DNA of 51,512 bases from Pseudomonadota bacterium. GTDB lineage: Bacteria > Bdellovibrionota_B > Oligoflexia > Oligoflexales > RGVZ01. The DNA is taken from the NCBI GenBank assembly GCA_041178085.1, contig JBEGVZ010000112.1:1-51512 (forward strand), given 5' to 3'. The notes under the pieces are model-generated. The model saw only the letters and a program-made list of their open reading frames with translations. It was not told the DNA's origin and ran no database searches. Below are positions 1 through 9,291 of the stretch, one piece after another. The position numbers were made by a program, and so were the translations under genes. Position 1 is the stretch's first letter. The number at the start of each line of letters is the position of its first letter.

Positions 1-305
1 TCCTGGACAACGGCAACTACGTCGTAGGATCACCTTATTGGGACCTTGGCGCAACCCAGGATTCTGGGGCAATCACCTGGTGCTCTGGGTCCACTGGTTG
101 CTCCGGCCCGATCAGTTCCAGCAATTCCCTTTTAGGCGCAAGCGCAAACGACAAACTTGGACTTGGGACGACGATCTCAGGAAACTCTGGCCTTTATATT
201 TCTCAATCCACGAACTGGAACAGCTCAACCCAGACGAGCATCGGGTTGATTTTCGTCACCAGTTCGACCGCTGCAGGAAATGGTATCATCCCTGCCAATC
301 TGTGA
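1..305 (+). CDS. 3' end (5'-partial) of a secreted/surface protein with a DUF5650-type repeat
   Basis: Frame 3 is open from the window edge to TGA at 303-305 and reads LDNGNYVVGSPYWDLGATQDSGAITWCSGSTGCSGPISSSNSLLG..., matching the L.NGNYVV.SP.W....D.GA.TW..G.TG..G..S..NSL.G repeat. Absent from the ORF track because its start lies outside the window. Confidence 0.8.
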   Translation, partial: LDNGNYVVGSPYWDLGATQDSGAITWCSGSTGCSGPISSSNSLLGASANDKLGLGTTISGNSGLYISQSTNWNSSTQTSIGLIFVTSSTAAGNGIIPANL

Positions 306-318
306 ACCAGCAACCAGA

Positions 319-1809
319 TCATTCCTCTGGCGGAGAAAAAGCTTCGTCTTCAGACATTTCAGGAAGTTCACCATAGTCGAAATCTTGTTCGTCATGCACG
401 AGCGTCGCGTTGAATCCGCGGCGGGAGTTTTCCCGTTGCTGCTCTTTGGATGCACGAACTTCAGCCTTTGACCGGTAAAGGACCCGCAAAGGTCCATTGC
501 CGTATCCAAGCATCTCCCGGAAACGCTTGGTAATGTAACGCTTGTAAGACTCCTGGATCTCGTTGGCCACGTTGCAGAAAATGACAATCGTCGGCGGCCG
601 CGTGCGGACCTGCGTTGCAAAATAGAACTTGGGGCGTTTGCTGTATTTGCGAATCAGGGCAGGCGTGTGCTCGTAGACAATCGTCCGCAGGGCATCGTTA
701 AGATCCCGCGTCGAGACACGACGGTCGTAATCCGCCGCCAGGCCTTCCACCACGTTCATGATCTGATGAACACGCTGGTTCTCAAGGCACGACACAAAGA
801 GCACGGGAACGTGTTGCAACAGCTTGAGCTTGATCTTCAAGTCCCGCTCATAATCGCGTGCCGAGTTGGAATCTTTGTCTGGAACGAGGTCCCACTTGTT
901 GACAATGATCGCCACTGGTTTGAACTGCGATGCAGCCAGGTCGGCAAGGCGTGCATCCTGGTCTGTAAGATTTTCCTTCGCATCGATCACAAGCAGCACA
1001 ATGTCCGCACGCTCGATCGACTGAAGGCTGCGCATGACACTAAGACCTTCCACCTTGTCGTGGATCTTGCTCCGACGGCGTATCCCCGCCGTATCCACGA
1101 TCACATAATCCTTCTTGTTAAATGTCAGCGGCGTGTCGACCGAATCACGTGTCGTGCCAGCCACTTCACTGACCACCGAGCGTTCTTCACCGACCAGGCG
1201 ATTCAGGATGGAGGACTTCCCCGCGTTGGGGCGGCCAATCAAAGCGATCCTGGGCGCACCGGACCGCAGGCGGGCGTCGCCCTTTGGCGCCAGCGCCGCC
1301 AGACGCTGTTCAATTGTTTCAAAAAGCACATCGATCTGACGCCCATGGGCTGCCGACACGGTCAAAACATCCGTGACACCAAGCTCATAAAATTCGAAGG
1401 CCGCAGAGCGATGCTCTGGACCGTCGATCTTGTTCGCGACGTAAATCACCTGCTTGCCAAGGCGTTCCAGGTAACGGGAAAGCTCATGATCGTGCTGGTG
1501 GACGCCACTCTTTCCATCAAGCAGCAGCACAATGACGTCAGCTTCCTTGATGGCGAGTTCCGTCTGGGCCCAGACCAGGTTCTCTGAAAATGGCTGGTAA
1601 TAGACACCTTCTGTCTCAAAACCACCCGTATCAATCAGCGTGAAACCGCTCTCACGCATATCGTCGTAATAAACGATCCCGTAAAGGCGGTCACGCGTCA
1701 CACCCGGGCGATCATCAACGATGGCGTTACGGGTTCGCGTCAAACGGTTGAAGAGCGTCGACTTGCCGACGTTGGGGCGTCCAACAATTGCCACTGTGCC
1801 ACGAATCAT
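319..1809 (-). CDS. der: Ribosome biogenesis GTPase Der (EngA)
   Basis: Two tandem G domains (GRPNVGKS, DTGG, NKID; GRPNAGKSS, DTAG, NKWD) plus a C-terminal KH-like domain (ATQVRTRPPT). Confidence 0.97.
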   Translation of the reverse strand: MIRGTVAIVGRPNVGKSTLFNRLTRTRNAIVDDRPGVTRDRLYGIVYYDDMRESGFTLIDTGGFETEGVYYQPFSENLVWAQTELAIKEADVIVLLLDGKSGVHQHDHELSRYLERLGKQVIYVANKIDGPEHRSAAFEFYELGVTDVLTVSAAHGRQIDVLFETIEQRLAALAPKGDARLRSGAPRIALIGRPNAGKSSILNRLVGEERSVVSEVAGTTRDSVDTPLTFNKKDYVIVDTAGIRRRSKIHDKVEGLSVMRSLQSIERADIVLLVIDAKENLTDQDARLADLAASQFKPVAIIVNKWDLVPDKDSNSARDYERDLKIKLKLLQHVPVLFVSCLENQRVHQIMNVVEGLAADYDRRVSTRDLNDALRTIVYEHTPALIRKYSKRPKFYFATQVRTRPPTIVIFCNVANEIQESYKRYITKRFREMLGYGNGPLRVLYRSKAEVRASKEQQRENSRRGFNATLVHDEQDFDYGELPEMSEDEAFSPPEE

Positions 1810-2531
1810 GCAGAAACCCCGCTGTCACTTGCCTGGACTTTGCCCTCGAACTTGCCAAGCGCCGCCTGCGCAGCCATTTGAGATGCCGCCTTCTTGCTCA
1901 CGCCGCATCCCTGCCCCATCTCGCGCCCAAGGACGGAAACCGAAACCGTGAAAGTCCGCGCGTGTGGCGGGCCCTCTTCGCCTACGACAACATATTCGGG
2001 ACGCTCCTTGTGGAGCCCCTGGACAAGTTCCTGCAGCTCTGTCTTGAAATCACGCCCCACCAGATGGGCGAGCCTGCCCTCGAGCTCCTCCTGAAAAAGC
2101 CGGTCCACCACGAACCTGGCTGCATCGAAGCCGCCGTCAAGATAGACGGCACCCAACACAGCCTCGAGGGCATCAGCAAGGATCGAATCCTGCTCAGCAA
2201 GACCGGCCTTGCGCTCACCACGACCCAACTGGATTTCATCGCCCAGACGCAAGCGACGCGCGATTCCAGCAAGAAAACCTTCGTTGACCAGGGCTGCCCG
2301 GATCCGGGACAAGTCCCCCTCTTTGAACAACTCTTCCCGTGCAAAAAGCCTCGTGCTGATACCCAGGCTGAGCACGGCGTCACCCAGAAACTCCAGGCGC
2401 TCATTCCAGCGGCGTGCCGGATTTACCGGCATTGTGGAATCCATGCCGGCCGAGCTGTGTGTCAGCGCCTCAACCAGCAAGTCCCGCTGCTTGAAGGAGT
2501 AACCGATTGATTTTTCGAATGCGCTCGTCAC
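1806..2531 (-). CDS. rnc: Ribonuclease III
   Basis: ALTHSS, NERLEFLGDAVL signature, ADALEAVLGAVYLD and a C-terminal dsRBD (DFKTELQE...SKKAA). GTG start; 4-nt overlap with der. Confidence 0.97.
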   Translation of the reverse strand: MTSAFEKSIGYSFKQRDLLVEALTHSSAGMDSTMPVNPARRWNERLEFLGDAVLSLGISTRLFAREELFKEGDLSRIRAALVNEGFLAGIARRLRLGDEIQLGRGERKAGLAEQDSILADALEAVLGAVYLDGGFDAARFVVDRLFQEELEGRLAHLVGRDFKTELQELVQGLHKERPEYVVVGEEGPPHARTFTVSVSVLGREMGQGCGVSKKAASQMAAQAALGKFEGKVQASDSGVSA

Positions 2532-2558
2532 TATCGCGACTCAAGTGATGGTTTTGGA

Positions 2559-3728
2559 TCAGTTCAGGACCGGCTTCGGGCGGCTGCCGATGAACCCACC
2601 GCCGAGGACACGATCTCCCGCGTAAAACACGGCGGCCTGGCCCGGGGTCACCCATTTGGCCTGCATGGCCAGCAGCACCCGCCAGCCGCTGCCATCACCC
2701 TGAAGCTTTTCAACGCGGCAGGCGATCGGGGCAGCGCGGTAACGGACCACCACCTCGCACTCAACCGGTTGCGAACTTGAAGAAAGTTCCGGAACCAGCC
2801 AGTTCACGTCGGGGATGATGAACTCTTCGCAGGCAAGGCTGTCCAGGTCATCGACGATCACGCGGCCTGTGGCAGCGTCGATCTCCGCAACGTACTTGGC
2901 TTCAAGCGAAGCGATGTTCAATCCCTTGCGCTGGCCTACTGTGAACTTGTGAATGCCATCGTGGAAACCGAGCACTTCGCCCGAGCGCGAGACGATCTCG
3001 CCTTTACGGCCGAGTTGCTGCGGATAATGCTCTTCCAGAAAGTCCGTGTAGCGCTTGCCGCTGACAAAACAGATTTCCTGGGATTCATGCTTGTTTTTCG
3101 TGTGCAGGTTGAACTGGCCGGCAATGCGGCGGACTTCGTCCTTGGTCATCTCTGCCAAAGGGAAAAGTGTGCGGCGCAACATGTCTGGTTTCAAATTGAA
3201 CAGGAAATAGCTCTGGTCCTTGCGCGGATCGTGTCCCCGGTAAAGCTCCGAAGGACGTCCGTCATCATGGTGCACGACACGGGCATAGTGACCCGTCGCG
3301 ACCCAGTCAGCGCCGAGGGCATGGGCGCGGTCAACCAGGTGATCGAACTTCAACTTGCTGTTGCACATGACACAGGGATTCGGCGTCCGACCGGCCGCAT
3401 ACTCACGGGCAAAATAATCAACGACCCCTGAGCGAAATTCTTTTTCGTAATTGACGACGTAATGCGGAACACCAATCTGATGGGCGGCCAGCCGTGCATC
3501 ATGGACATCGGTCAGGGAGCAGCAACTGTCAAAACGCGACTCCCCTTCTGCGCCATGGTTCCACAGCTGCATGGTGATTCCGACAACATCAAATCCGCGC
3601 TCTGCAAGGATGGCTGCCGCCACGCAAGAATCGACACCACCCGACATCGCGACAATGATCCGCGATCCGGGCGCAATTCCCTGGGTAGACGACGGGAGAT
3701 TCTCTGATGTGGTCTGCAAACCAGTCAT
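2559..3728 (-). CDS. mnmA: tRNA-specific 2-thiouridylase MnmA (CxxC type)
   Basis: AMSGGVDS PP-loop, TPNPCVMCN, ATGHYA, KDQSYFL, ESQEICF, TPGQAAVFY. Start placed at ATG 3728; the ORF extends to 3758. Confidence 0.95.
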   Translation of the reverse strand: MTGLQTTSENLPSSTQGIAPGSRIIVAMSGGVDSCVAAAILAERGFDVVGITMQLWNHGAEGESRFDSCCSLTDVHDARLAAHQIGVPHYVVNYEKEFRSGVVDYFAREYAAGRTPNPCVMCNSKLKFDHLVDRAHALGADWVATGHYARVVHHDDGRPSELYRGHDPRKDQSYFLFNLKPDMLRRTLFPLAEMTKDEVRRIAGQFNLHTKNKHESQEICFVSGKRYTDFLEEHYPQQLGRKGEIVSRSGEVLGFHDGIHKFTVGQRKGLNIASLEAKYVAEIDAATGRVIVDDLDSLACEEFIIPDVNWLVPELSSSSQPVECEVVVRYRAAPIACRVEKLQGDGSGWRVLLAMQAKWVTPGQAAVFYAGDRVLGGGFIGSRPKPVLN

Positions 3729-3895
3729 TGGGGCCTCTTTAATGAGCCGCCGAATCATACGGCTTTTTCATAAATTTTCAATGAAATTCATAGAATTAAG
3801 GGCTTTTATCCCCTTTCCGGACACCCCCCACACCCCCGCCCAATCGCCCGATACATGCCTTTTCCGTGTTAGCATTAACTGATCGGCGGAAAACG

Positions 3896-4987
3896 ATGGT
3901 CAAATTTTTTTCGACATTACTGGTACTTGCCTTACTGGCAGGGGGCGCATTGGCTGGCGGCCACAATTGGCTGCACCACTGGGCCGTTGAACCCCGTGAG
4001 CTGGCGCAGCCCGTCGAAGTCACACTGACCTCTGGCACCGGGCTCAAGCACCTGAGCACCGCACTGGCCGAAAAGGGAGCCGTTTCATCCGCCTTCCTTT
4101 ACTCAACTTACGTAAGGCTTTCGGGCACATACTCCCGCTTTCAGGCTGGCCGCTACCGGTTTGAGGGCGCGGTATCCCCAGCCCGCATCGCCCAGGACTT
4201 TGTCGAAGGCAAGATCTACGTCGAAGTCGCTGCCAGGTTCACGATCCCCGAAGGCTTCACCATGAAAAAAATCGCCGCACGTTTGGCGGCAAACGGTATC
4301 GGCTCGCCGGAGCGGAACCTGAAACTGATGCGTTCCCCCGCATTCATCCGTACCCTGCCATTCCTTGCAAAAATGAAATTACAGACGGTGGAGGGCTTCC
4401 TTTACCCGGCCACCTACTCGTTCACGAAGATGCCAACGCCGGAAGATGCCATCACCGCCATGACCACCGAGTTTTTCAAACGCCTCCCTGCTGACTACGA
4501 GGCGCGGGCCAGCGCAAAAAAGCTGTCGCTCGTTGACGCCGTGAAATTCGCGTCGCTGATTGAACTGGAGACGTTGCATGAAGACGAAAAGGAGCTGGTC
4601 AGTGAAGTGATCTGGCGGCGCCTCAAGGACAATGCCCCGCTGGGCATCGACGCCGCCCTGATCTATGGGATCGAGGACTACGATGGCGACTTGCGCTGGC
4701 GTGACCTGGGCGACCGCAAAAATCCTTTCAACACACGCGTATTCAAGGGTCTTCCGCCGACACCGATCGGCAGTGTGACGTTGACGTCCCTTGAAGCCGT
4801 GTTGAAGCCCGCAAATGAAGGCAACTACTACTACGTGCTGTTACCCGGTTCAGAGCAGCGGCATCACTTTTCCAGGACTTTAGCCGAACACAACGAACAC
4901 GTGCGCAAACTTGTGCGTGCGTCCAAAAAAGACAAGGAGGCATCCAATGGCCCAGGGACAGAAAAAAACAACCGCCAGCAAAGATAA
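3896..4987 (+). CDS. mltG: Endolytic transglycosylase MltG (YceG family)
   Basis: N-terminal TM helix, TIPEG, EGFLYPATY, ASLIELET (catalytic Glu), NPFNT...GLPPTPI, HHFSRTLAEHN. Confidence 0.93.
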   Translation: MVKFFSTLLVLALLAGGALAGGHNWLHHWAVEPRELAQPVEVTLTSGTGLKHLSTALAEKGAVSSAFLYSTYVRLSGTYSRFQAGRYRFEGAVSPARIAQDFVEGKIYVEVAARFTIPEGFTMKKIAARLAANGIGSPERNLKLMRSPAFIRTLPFLAKMKLQTVEGFLYPATYSFTKMPTPEDAITAMTTEFFKRLPADYEARASAKKLSLVDAVKFASLIELETLHEDEKELVSEVIWRRLKDNAPLGIDAALIYGIEDYDGDLRWRDLGDRKNPFNTRVFKGLPPTPIGSVTLTSLEAVLKPANEGNYYYVLLPGSEQRHHFSRTLAEHNEHVRKLVRASKKDKEASNGPGTEKNNRQQR

Positions 4988-5354
4988 CCGCCAGGCTGTG
5001 CGGGTGCCGATCCAGTTGCTGGTCGACTACCGCGCCGACGGCAGCTACTTGTTTGATTTCTGCCGCGACCTGGGCACAGGTGGCGTTTTTATTGAGACGG
5101 ACAGCGCCCTGCCGGCCGGGACTGAAATGGAACTCACGTTCACGATCCCCGATAGCAAGGAAACCTTGAAAACCAAGGGCACGGTCCTGTGGGTACAGGG
5201 CAAGGTGGATGGCCGCCCCGACCTGCATGCAGGCATGGGTATCCAGTTCTCAAGTTTCTCTGCGGAGCAACGGAAGATCCTTGAGGATTTCATCCGGCGC
5301 CATAACGCCACCGTCATGCCGGAAGCGGCGAACGGCAAGCAGCAGTCAGCCTGA
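4947..5354 (+). CDS. Stand-alone PilZ-domain protein (Myxococcales TIGR02266-like), putative c-di-GMP receptor
   Basis: RQAVR (RxxxR), DLGTGGVFIET, GTVLW and GMGIQF motifs; SD AGGAGG at 4935-4940. Confidence 0.88.
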   Translation: MAQGQKKTTASKDNRQAVRVPIQLLVDYRADGSYLFDFCRDLGTGGVFIETDSALPAGTEMELTFTIPDSKETLKTKGTVLWVQGKVDGRPDLHAGMGIQFSSFSAEQRKILEDFIRRHNATVMPEAANGKQQSA

Positions 5355-5378
5355 ACCAATCAGAAGAATGACCCGGCG

Positions 5379-6590
5379 TTATTCTTCCCAGCTCGTCTGG
5401 TACGCCGGGTCTTCAAAACCAAGGGCAGCCTTGGTCATGTGGATCGGTCCCCACGTGTCGACCATCACGGCAATCTCATCAAACTGCTTGATTCCCACGC
5501 TGGCAAAATAGTTGCCCGGCTGCGGGCCATGCGACACTCCGCCAGGGTGGTAACTCAAGCTGCGGTTGTTGATGCCCTTGCGGGAAGTAAACTTGCCGTG
5601 CACGTAGTAAAGGATTTCATCACAGTGCACGTTGGCATGCGGGTACGGACACGGAATCGCTCCCTCCATGTAATCCGCCGCGCGCGGGACAAATGAGCAA
5701 ACCACAAAGTCCTTGGCCTTGAACGTGCACAGCAAGTTCGGAGGCAAGTGGATCTTGCCGGTCTTGGGCAGGAAATCCAGAATGCCAAAAGCCATCGGAT
5801 AGACACTGCCGTCCCAACCGACCACGCGGGCCGGCGACTTTGAGTAGACATGATGCGTAAGCGCCTTGTTACGCAACACCACGCCGTGGCGGAAATATTC
5901 TGCCTCCTGCTCCGTCAACAGGCGTGCAGGGGAACGGAAGTCGCGATGCGTGTATGGGGCTTCCATCCGTAGCTGGCCGTGCGGGTTGCGATAATCACCC
6001 GGGATCTCAATGTGGGGATCCCCCTCGACCAGAAGCGCTTCGATCTCGCCGGCGGCATCGATCACGTAAGGCATACCGCGCGGGATCAGGACGTAGTCAT
6101 TTTTGTCGAAGGAAAGAGCACCAAACTGGGTAAGCACGGTGCCCTTGCCGGCATAAAAGAAGTAGAGCTCGTCCGCGTCCCCGTTGGTGAACGACCACGA
6201 GTCTTCCACCGTCTTGCCAGTCTGGCCGACCTTGCCGCGGACCACACTGACCCGCGTGGTGTTGTTGACAAACATGGCAGTGCGGGCGGCCAACAGGTTT
6301 TCCCCGGCAGGTGCCTGCCACGACTGGACATGGCGACGGGCCAGGGGCTGCTCCGCCGGGTTGACCGGCTGACCGACGAGACGCTCGATGGTGACTCCGT
6401 GTTTTCCGGTCGGCCATGGCTCGTTGAGTTCGATCGCGGTGGGCGCGTCCCGCAAGTACAACATCACAAAACCACTGGAAAAACCGTCGCGGGTAAAGAC
6501 GTACTCGGTGCACGGGGCCTTCTGGCCGGCCGGCGTGAAAAGTGTGTGGGGCTTGGGCGATACAACTCCGAGAGTTCTCCGTTCCAGCAT
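5379..6590 (-). CDS. hmgA: Homogentisate 1,2-dioxygenase
   Basis: FTNGDADEL, VVGWDG, GKIHLPP, VVCSFVPR, PYPHANVHCDEILYYV, HPGGVSHGPQPG (Fe ligands). Start placed at ATG 6590. Confidence 0.88.
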   Translation of the reverse strand: MLERRTLGVVSPKPHTLFTPAGQKAPCTEYVFTRDGFSSGFVMLYLRDAPTAIELNEPWPTGKHGVTIERLVGQPVNPAEQPLARRHVQSWQAPAGENLLAARTAMFVNNTTRVSVVRGKVGQTGKTVEDSWSFTNGDADELYFFYAGKGTVLTQFGALSFDKNDYVLIPRGMPYVIDAAGEIEALLVEGDPHIEIPGDYRNPHGQLRMEAPYTHRDFRSPARLLTEQEAEYFRHGVVLRNKALTHHVYSKSPARVVGWDGSVYPMAFGILDFLPKTGKIHLPPNLLCTFKAKDFVVCSFVPRAADYMEGAIPCPYPHANVHCDEILYYVHGKFTSRKGINNRSLSYHPGGVSHGPQPGNYFASVGIKQFDEIAVMVDTWGPIHMTKAALGFEDPAYQTSWEE

Positions 6591-6758
6591 GACCTTGCCT
6601 CCTGCCGAGAGCACAACCGTAATTCAAAAAAAACGTGAGGAAAGCCTACTCCCGGACCGTGCAACTGACAAGGCCGTGGAACGATCCTGCGGGTAGTGAT
6701 AGGATCTGTGCGGGAATCATGACCTGAACGGAACCGAACCATGGGAGAAATACCCACC

Positions 6759-7175
6759 ATGTTTGTCGTTTGGAAACGGCCCGACGGCTACCACGATGCG
6801 ACGCCCGGAGATTTCAGGGTCGCTGAAGCCGGGACCACAGCCCGCATATGGCTGCACAAGACCGATCGCCAATGGTACCCGTTCAGAATCTCTGGCGGCT
6901 GGCAGGAATCTGACGCTACCCAAAGACTCAATGGCCTGGTCAACCTGCTCGGCGAACCGGAAAAGGTCTGGACGGAATTTCTGACCAAAGCGTTCAACAA
7001 TTCAATGACCGATGATCCCAGGGCTTTCGTCACCGAGCAGAGGGCTTGGCTGGAAGACCTAAAAAATCACTTGAAAGGCGACACCTGGGAGATTGAAATC
7101 ATGGGACAGGTGATCGGAGAAGTATCGGGGCGGTTGGCTGTGGCAGGAAACAAAATCCAGGGAGCCGGGAAGTAA
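6759..7175 (+). CDS. Hypothetical protein (Trp-rich, VWKRPDG motif)
   Basis: Clean ORF filling the gap, divergent from hmgA, with the next ATG 1 nt after its stop. Start may instead be 6741. Confidence 0.75.
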   Translation: MFVVWKRPDGYHDATPGDFRVAEAGTTARIWLHKTDRQWYPFRISGGWQESDATQRLNGLVNLLGEPEKVWTEFLTKAFNNSMTDDPRAFVTEQRAWLEDLKNHLKGDTWEIEIMGQVIGEVSGRLAVAGNKIQGAGK

Positions 7176-7176
7176 C

Positions 7177-7914
7177 ATGAAACTTCACAGACTCGGAGCA
7201 TTGGTTACGGTTTTGGCAATCGGGCTGCTCAGCCAAGGCTGCGGCAGGTTGAATAGCGGAGCGGGACTGTGGGACTCCGAAGACGACGCCAAGCCCGTGC
7301 GGCTGATCGTTTTTGGCGGCAACCGCAGCTGCAAGCCAGACCACAACGACCGGCCAACTCCGTTGCGCATGGACATGGCAGCCAAGATCATCGGCGCCAT
7401 CAATCGCCTGCGTTCCATCGGTCGCCAGACGGATGTCCTGGCGTCGTGCTTTCTTGATTACGACAAAGTCCGCGTGACGCGAAACCTGGAGGGGGAAGAC
7501 CAGGACCTCACCGTTGACGATCTAATCCGCGAAGCGGGCGATTCATCCAGCAACAGCAGCAAACTGTTCATCGTTGGCCATTCATACGGCGGGTGGATGG
7601 CGATGAAGCTGGCGGTCATGCTATCAGGACGACTTCCCCTGAACGGCCTGATCACGGTCGATCCAATCAGCCGCATAAAGTGCACATACTCAGACTGGGA
7701 CGGCTGTTTCTCGGCTCCGCAGGACATCAACCCGGAGGAGCGCATGCGCATCAAGGACGGGACTGACGCCTGGTCGAACTTCTACCAGACCAACACCCCA
7801 TACCTGCACTCCGGAAAAATTGAGCAGGCCGATGAAAACGAGAAAGTCGATTCCGACCACTTCGACATCGATACCCACGAACGGGTCTGGCGTCGACTGG
7901 ACGAGTGGCTCTGA
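7177..7914 (+). CDS. Lipoprotein, alpha/beta-hydrolase fold
   Basis: Signal peptide with lipobox-like SQGC, nucleophile elbow VGHSYGG, LITVDP, and C-terminal DHFDID His. Confidence 0.8.
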   Translation: MKLHRLGALVTVLAIGLLSQGCGRLNSGAGLWDSEDDAKPVRLIVFGGNRSCKPDHNDRPTPLRMDMAAKIIGAINRLRSIGRQTDVLASCFLDYDKVRVTRNLEGEDQDLTVDDLIREAGDSSSNSSKLFIVGHSYGGWMAMKLAVMLSGRLPLNGLITVDPISRIKCTYSDWDGCFSAPQDINPEERMRIKDGTDAWSNFYQTNTPYLHSGKIEQADENEKVDSDHFDIDTHERVWRRLDEWL

Positions 7915-7920
7915 TTTTTC

Positions 7921-9291
7921 CTACGACTTGAGGCGCCGGGCAAGTGCGGCGCCCTCTGACTCAAACCCGGGCTTGCCGAGCAGCGCAAAAAGATTGCGTT
8001 TGTAACTTTCGACGCCCGGCTGGTCGAATGGGTTTACGCCCATCATCAGCGCACTGACTCCACATGCGACTTCAAAGAACGCAAAGAGCGCGCCCAGATG
8101 AAACTCGTCCAGGCGGTCGCAAGCAATTTCTGCAACCGGCACACCGCCATCGCTGTGCGCGAGCTGCGAGGCGCGCGTCACAGCCACATTGAGTTCTTCA
8201 ACGTGCCTTCCTTCAAGGTATCCGAGCTCGTCCGCATTGCCGGTCTGGCCAGGAATCGCAATCCGCCGCTCCACAGCCCCGGCCGCGGCAGGTTGCTCAA
8301 ACGTAATAAAGGTCTCGAAAAGATTGCGCGTCCCGTCCTGGATGAATTGCCCGAGGCTGTGCAGGTCCGTAGTGGAAAGAAAGCTGGCCGGGAAAATGCC
8401 CATGCCTGCCTTGCCCTCGGACTCGCCAAACAGCTGCTTCCACCATTCCATTAACGCGGCCAGCCGCGGATCGCTGACATTCATGACTTCAATCCGCTTG
8501 CCATGATCCCACGCTGCCTTGCGCAGGCAAGCGTACTCGATCGCAGCCAAACCCTCACGCACGGGTGCCCCTGAACGCAACCCGGAGAAAACCCGGTCTG
8601 CTCCCTCCATCAACGCGCGCACATCAAAACCGGCCAGTGCCATTGGCAGGATTCCCACCGGAGTCAGAACCGAGAAACGACCACCGACGTCATCCGGTAT
8701 CACGAAGGCCTGATAACCTCTTTCGCGAGCAAGGGAGCGCAATGCGCCCTTGGATGCATCGGTCGTGACCACCATCCTGCGTCCTGATTCACGCTCACCG
8801 AAGCGCTTCTCCATGTAATTTCGAAGGATCCGGAAAGCGACACCGGGTTCCGTGGTGGTTCCAGACTTGGACACGACATTGATCAGAGGCTGGCGGCGAT
8901 CACAAAGGTCAATCAAGTCCATCATGGCGCCCTCGGACAAATGATGTCCGGCAAAGACAACCGGCACCTTTGCGGACCTGGGCATCGCGTGGGCAAAAGT
9001 ATGGCTGAGGGCTTCTGAAACGGCCCGGGCACCGGCGTAAGACCCACCGATCCCGATCACCACCACGAGGTCGAAAAATGTGCCGTTTGAACGCACAAAT
9101 TTTTCCACCTGGGCCAGGACGTCGCCACCCGATTTGGACGGGTAGTCAAACCAGCCGGTCCACTCGGCACCGGCACAACGCCGCTCCCGGATGGACCCCA
9201 AGTGAGACACCGCCTCTTCGTGGAGGGATGTGGCAGCAGCCTTTATTTCCGCCGGGACAAACCTGGATTCAAACTTTACGCACGATTGCAT
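7921..9291 (-). CDS. pgi: Glucose-6-phosphate isomerase (short ~450-aa type)
   Basis: IGIGGSY, SKSGTTTEP, DVGGRFSVLT, QLFGESEGK, TDLHSLGQ, NPFDQPGVESYK. Confidence 0.96.
   Translation of the reverse strand: MQSCVKFESRFVPAEIKAAATSLHEEAVSHLGSIRERRCAGAEWTGWFDYPSKSGGDVLAQVEKFVRSNGTFFDLVVVIGIGGSYAGARAVSEALSHTFAHAMPRSAKVPVVFAGHHLSEGAMMDLIDLCDRRQPLINVVSKSGTTTEPGVAFRILRNYMEKRFGERESGRRMVVTTDASKGALRSLARERGYQAFVIPDDVGGRFSVLTPVGILPMALAGFDVRALMEGADRVFSGLRSGAPVREGLAAIEYACLRKAAWDHGKRIEVMNVSDPRLAALMEWWKQLFGESEGKAGMGIFPASFLSTTDLHSLGQFIQDGTRNLFETFITFEQPAAAGAVERRIAIPGQTGNADELGYLEGRHVEELNVAVTRASQLAHSDGGVPVAEIACDRLDEFHLGALFAFFEVACGVSALMMGVNPFDQPGVESYKRNLFALLGKPGFESEGAALARRLKS

Noticed and set aside
38..376. 112-aa plus-strand ORF from the track
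   Set aside because: Wrong frame: the frame-3 reading (1-305) carries a recognisable repeat motif, and this ORF runs into der.
3810..3841. G-tract cluster on the minus strand (possible G-quadruplex) between mnmA and mltG
   Set aside because: One loop is long, such runs arise by chance at this GC content, and there is no other support.
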